From a virus (Duplodnaviria > Heunggongvirae > Uroviricota > Caudoviricetes), in IMG/VR virus record IMGVR_UViG_2728369186_000004: DNA of 6,195 bases; one strand, 5' to 3'. Shown one piece after another: positions 5,108 through 6,195 of this stretch. Position numbers and translations under genes: made by a program. The notes under the pieces are model-generated. The model worked only from the letters and a program-made list of their open reading frames with translations, ran no database searches and was not told the DNA's origin. Within the stretch, counting starts at the first letter, position 1, and the number at the start of each line of letters is the position of its first letter.

Positions 5108-6064
5108 TTAAATTCCAAATTCTTGTAATGGACCTGGTATTTCTTCTTCTGGTTTCCAGTTCTTATCTGTCAGCATGTCTAAACATGGATGCAGAACAAG
5201 CCCGTTACTCTCCAGAATCTGCCTATCATTGATAGTCTTCAAATCAACGAAGATCCGGCCTTTCCTCGGTCCTCTTGAATTTTCTATTACAACTCTCTGG
5301 GTCTTGCCATCGATGTATTCCAGTACAAACAAGTTTTTGTACTTGTCAATCCTGCTACACCCGATCCGTTTTAGAGCTTGCTTAATCTTAAACCGGACCT
5401 TAATGCGATCCTCGTTGTAAACATCTTCTAAATCAAATTCTGCGAGCTTCTCCCAGCCTTGAGAGTCAACAGAATACATTTCCTCTTCTGCCATCTTAAT
5501 TTGATTGTAGAGTGTTTCACGCTCGCTATTGAGGGTAGTAATCTGATCGGCTAGCTCCTTCGTTGCTCCTGTCATAGCAGAAAGGGTAATCAGGTTATCA
5601 ATCTTGCGTGATATTTCATCAATCTGTACTTTCAAAGCCGGAACCGGATTAGCCTTATCTTCAGCAATCCAGATTTTATCAGCCAGCAATTGCAATACAG
5701 CTTTCTCTAATTGGTCGCCGCGAAAACTCCAGTTTGTATGCACACATTCAATACGACTAGAGCGCATTGCATCGCATGAATAACGATATTGGTTAGGCCG
5801 TCTGTTTGTTCCTTTCACCTTAACCATAGCGGAACCGCAATGTTCACATTTCAATAGACCAACACCACTAAGCAAGGGAATAGGTTTAACTTCTTCTTTG
5901 TCTCCAAAGTTACATGCTCTAACACCAATGCTTTTCTTAAGGTGATAAAACTCAGCGTCATCTAGCACACGAGGATAATAATCCTTTAACTCATACTTAA
6001 CGCCATCTACAGAGATTTCCTTGATACCAATCAAAGCGCGGGTATGGAACAACCTTTCAATCAT
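5108..6064 (-). CDS. Large serine recombinase, C-terminal portion only (end of recombinase domain, zinc ribbon, coiled-coil); N-terminal catalytic domain not encoded in frame, so possibly truncated or a pseudogene
   Basis: Zinc-ribbon motif LLSGVGLLKCEHCGSAMVKVKG...YRYSCDAMRSSRIECVHTNWSFRGDQLEKAVLQLL (C73, C76, C97, C107), followed by a long predicted coiled-coil, typical of large serine recombinases. No resolvase-type catalytic domain precedes it. The frame stays open upstream of ATG 6064 to an in-frame TAG at 6167-6169, and that stretch (LNATYTPPPAASHKRHSNWSRA-MIERLFHTRALIG) still resembles the recombinase domain (W-x4-[VI]-x-R-[IL]...Y/L-x-G). Confidence 0.7.
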   Translation of the reverse strand: MIERLFHTRALIGIKEISVDGVKYELKDYYPRVLDDAEFYHLKKSIGVRACNFGDKEEVKPIPLLSGVGLLKCEHCGSAMVKVKGTNRRPNQYRYSCDAMRSSRIECVHTNWSFRGDQLEKAVLQLLADKIWIAEDKANPVPALKVQIDEISRKIDNLITLSAMTGATKELADQITTLNSERETLYNQIKMAEEEMYSVDSQGWEKLAEFDLEDVYNEDRIKVRFKIKQALKRIGCSRIDKYKNLFVLEYIDGKTQRVVIENSRGPRKGRIFVDLKTINDRQILESNGLVLHPCLDMLTDKNWKPEEEIPGPLQEFGI

Positions 6065-6195
6065 TGCCCGTGACCAGTTTGAATGCCTCTTGTGACTTGC
6101 GGCTGGTGGTGGTGTGTATGTCGCGTTAAGGTGATCTGATCCTACCCACGTAATATGGACACAGGCCTAAGCGAGGTTCTTGTTTTCAAATTGTT

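Noticed and set aside
5175-5420. 81-aa plus-strand ORF antisense to the recombinase gene
   Set aside because: Lies within the zinc-ribbon/coiled-coil coding region of the recombinase on the opposite strand; no RBS.
5108-6064. Possibility that the recombinase is a small Gin/Pin/Cin-type invertase serving an invertible tail-fibre segment
   Set aside because: The protein has the zinc-ribbon plus coiled-coil architecture of large serine recombinases, not the short HTH C-terminus of invertases, and no inverted-repeat-flanked fibre segment is evident next to it.
1-6195. CRISPR array, rRNA, or insertion-sequence terminal inverted repeats
   Set aside because: No direct repeats with regular unique spacers, no rRNA-like conserved stretches, and no transposase ORF with flanking inverted repeats were seen; the only tandem repeats are in-frame coding repeats.

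Overview
The window reads as the late/accessory end of a tailed phage or prophage from a low-GC bacterium with strong Shine-Dalgarno sites (GC judged by eye at roughly 40%, not computed). It holds a repeat-rich tail fibre gene (71-1480), then a tightly packed plus-strand block punctuated by intrinsic terminators: two small membrane proteins (1587-1865; 1887-2057, the latter below the ORF-track cutoff), a very basic 227-aa protein, a 115-aa unknown, a 345-aa protein made of three tandem ~74-aa zinc-ribbon repeats plus a C-terminal GIY-YIG/T5orf172-like domain, and a translationally coupled Peptidase-M15-type cell-wall hydrolase. A convergent minus-strand pair follows: a large serine recombinase lacking its catalytic N-terminal domain (reading frame conserved upstream of the ATG until an in-frame TAG at 6167-6169) and a small secreted protein. 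No named defence system, CRISPR array, tRNA or rRNA is recognisable. The most unusual items are the zinc-ribbon/nuclease-like gene coupled to the peptidase, the truncated recombinase, and the membrane/basic-protein operon directly after the tail fibre. All domain calls are made by eye from motifs; no searches were run.
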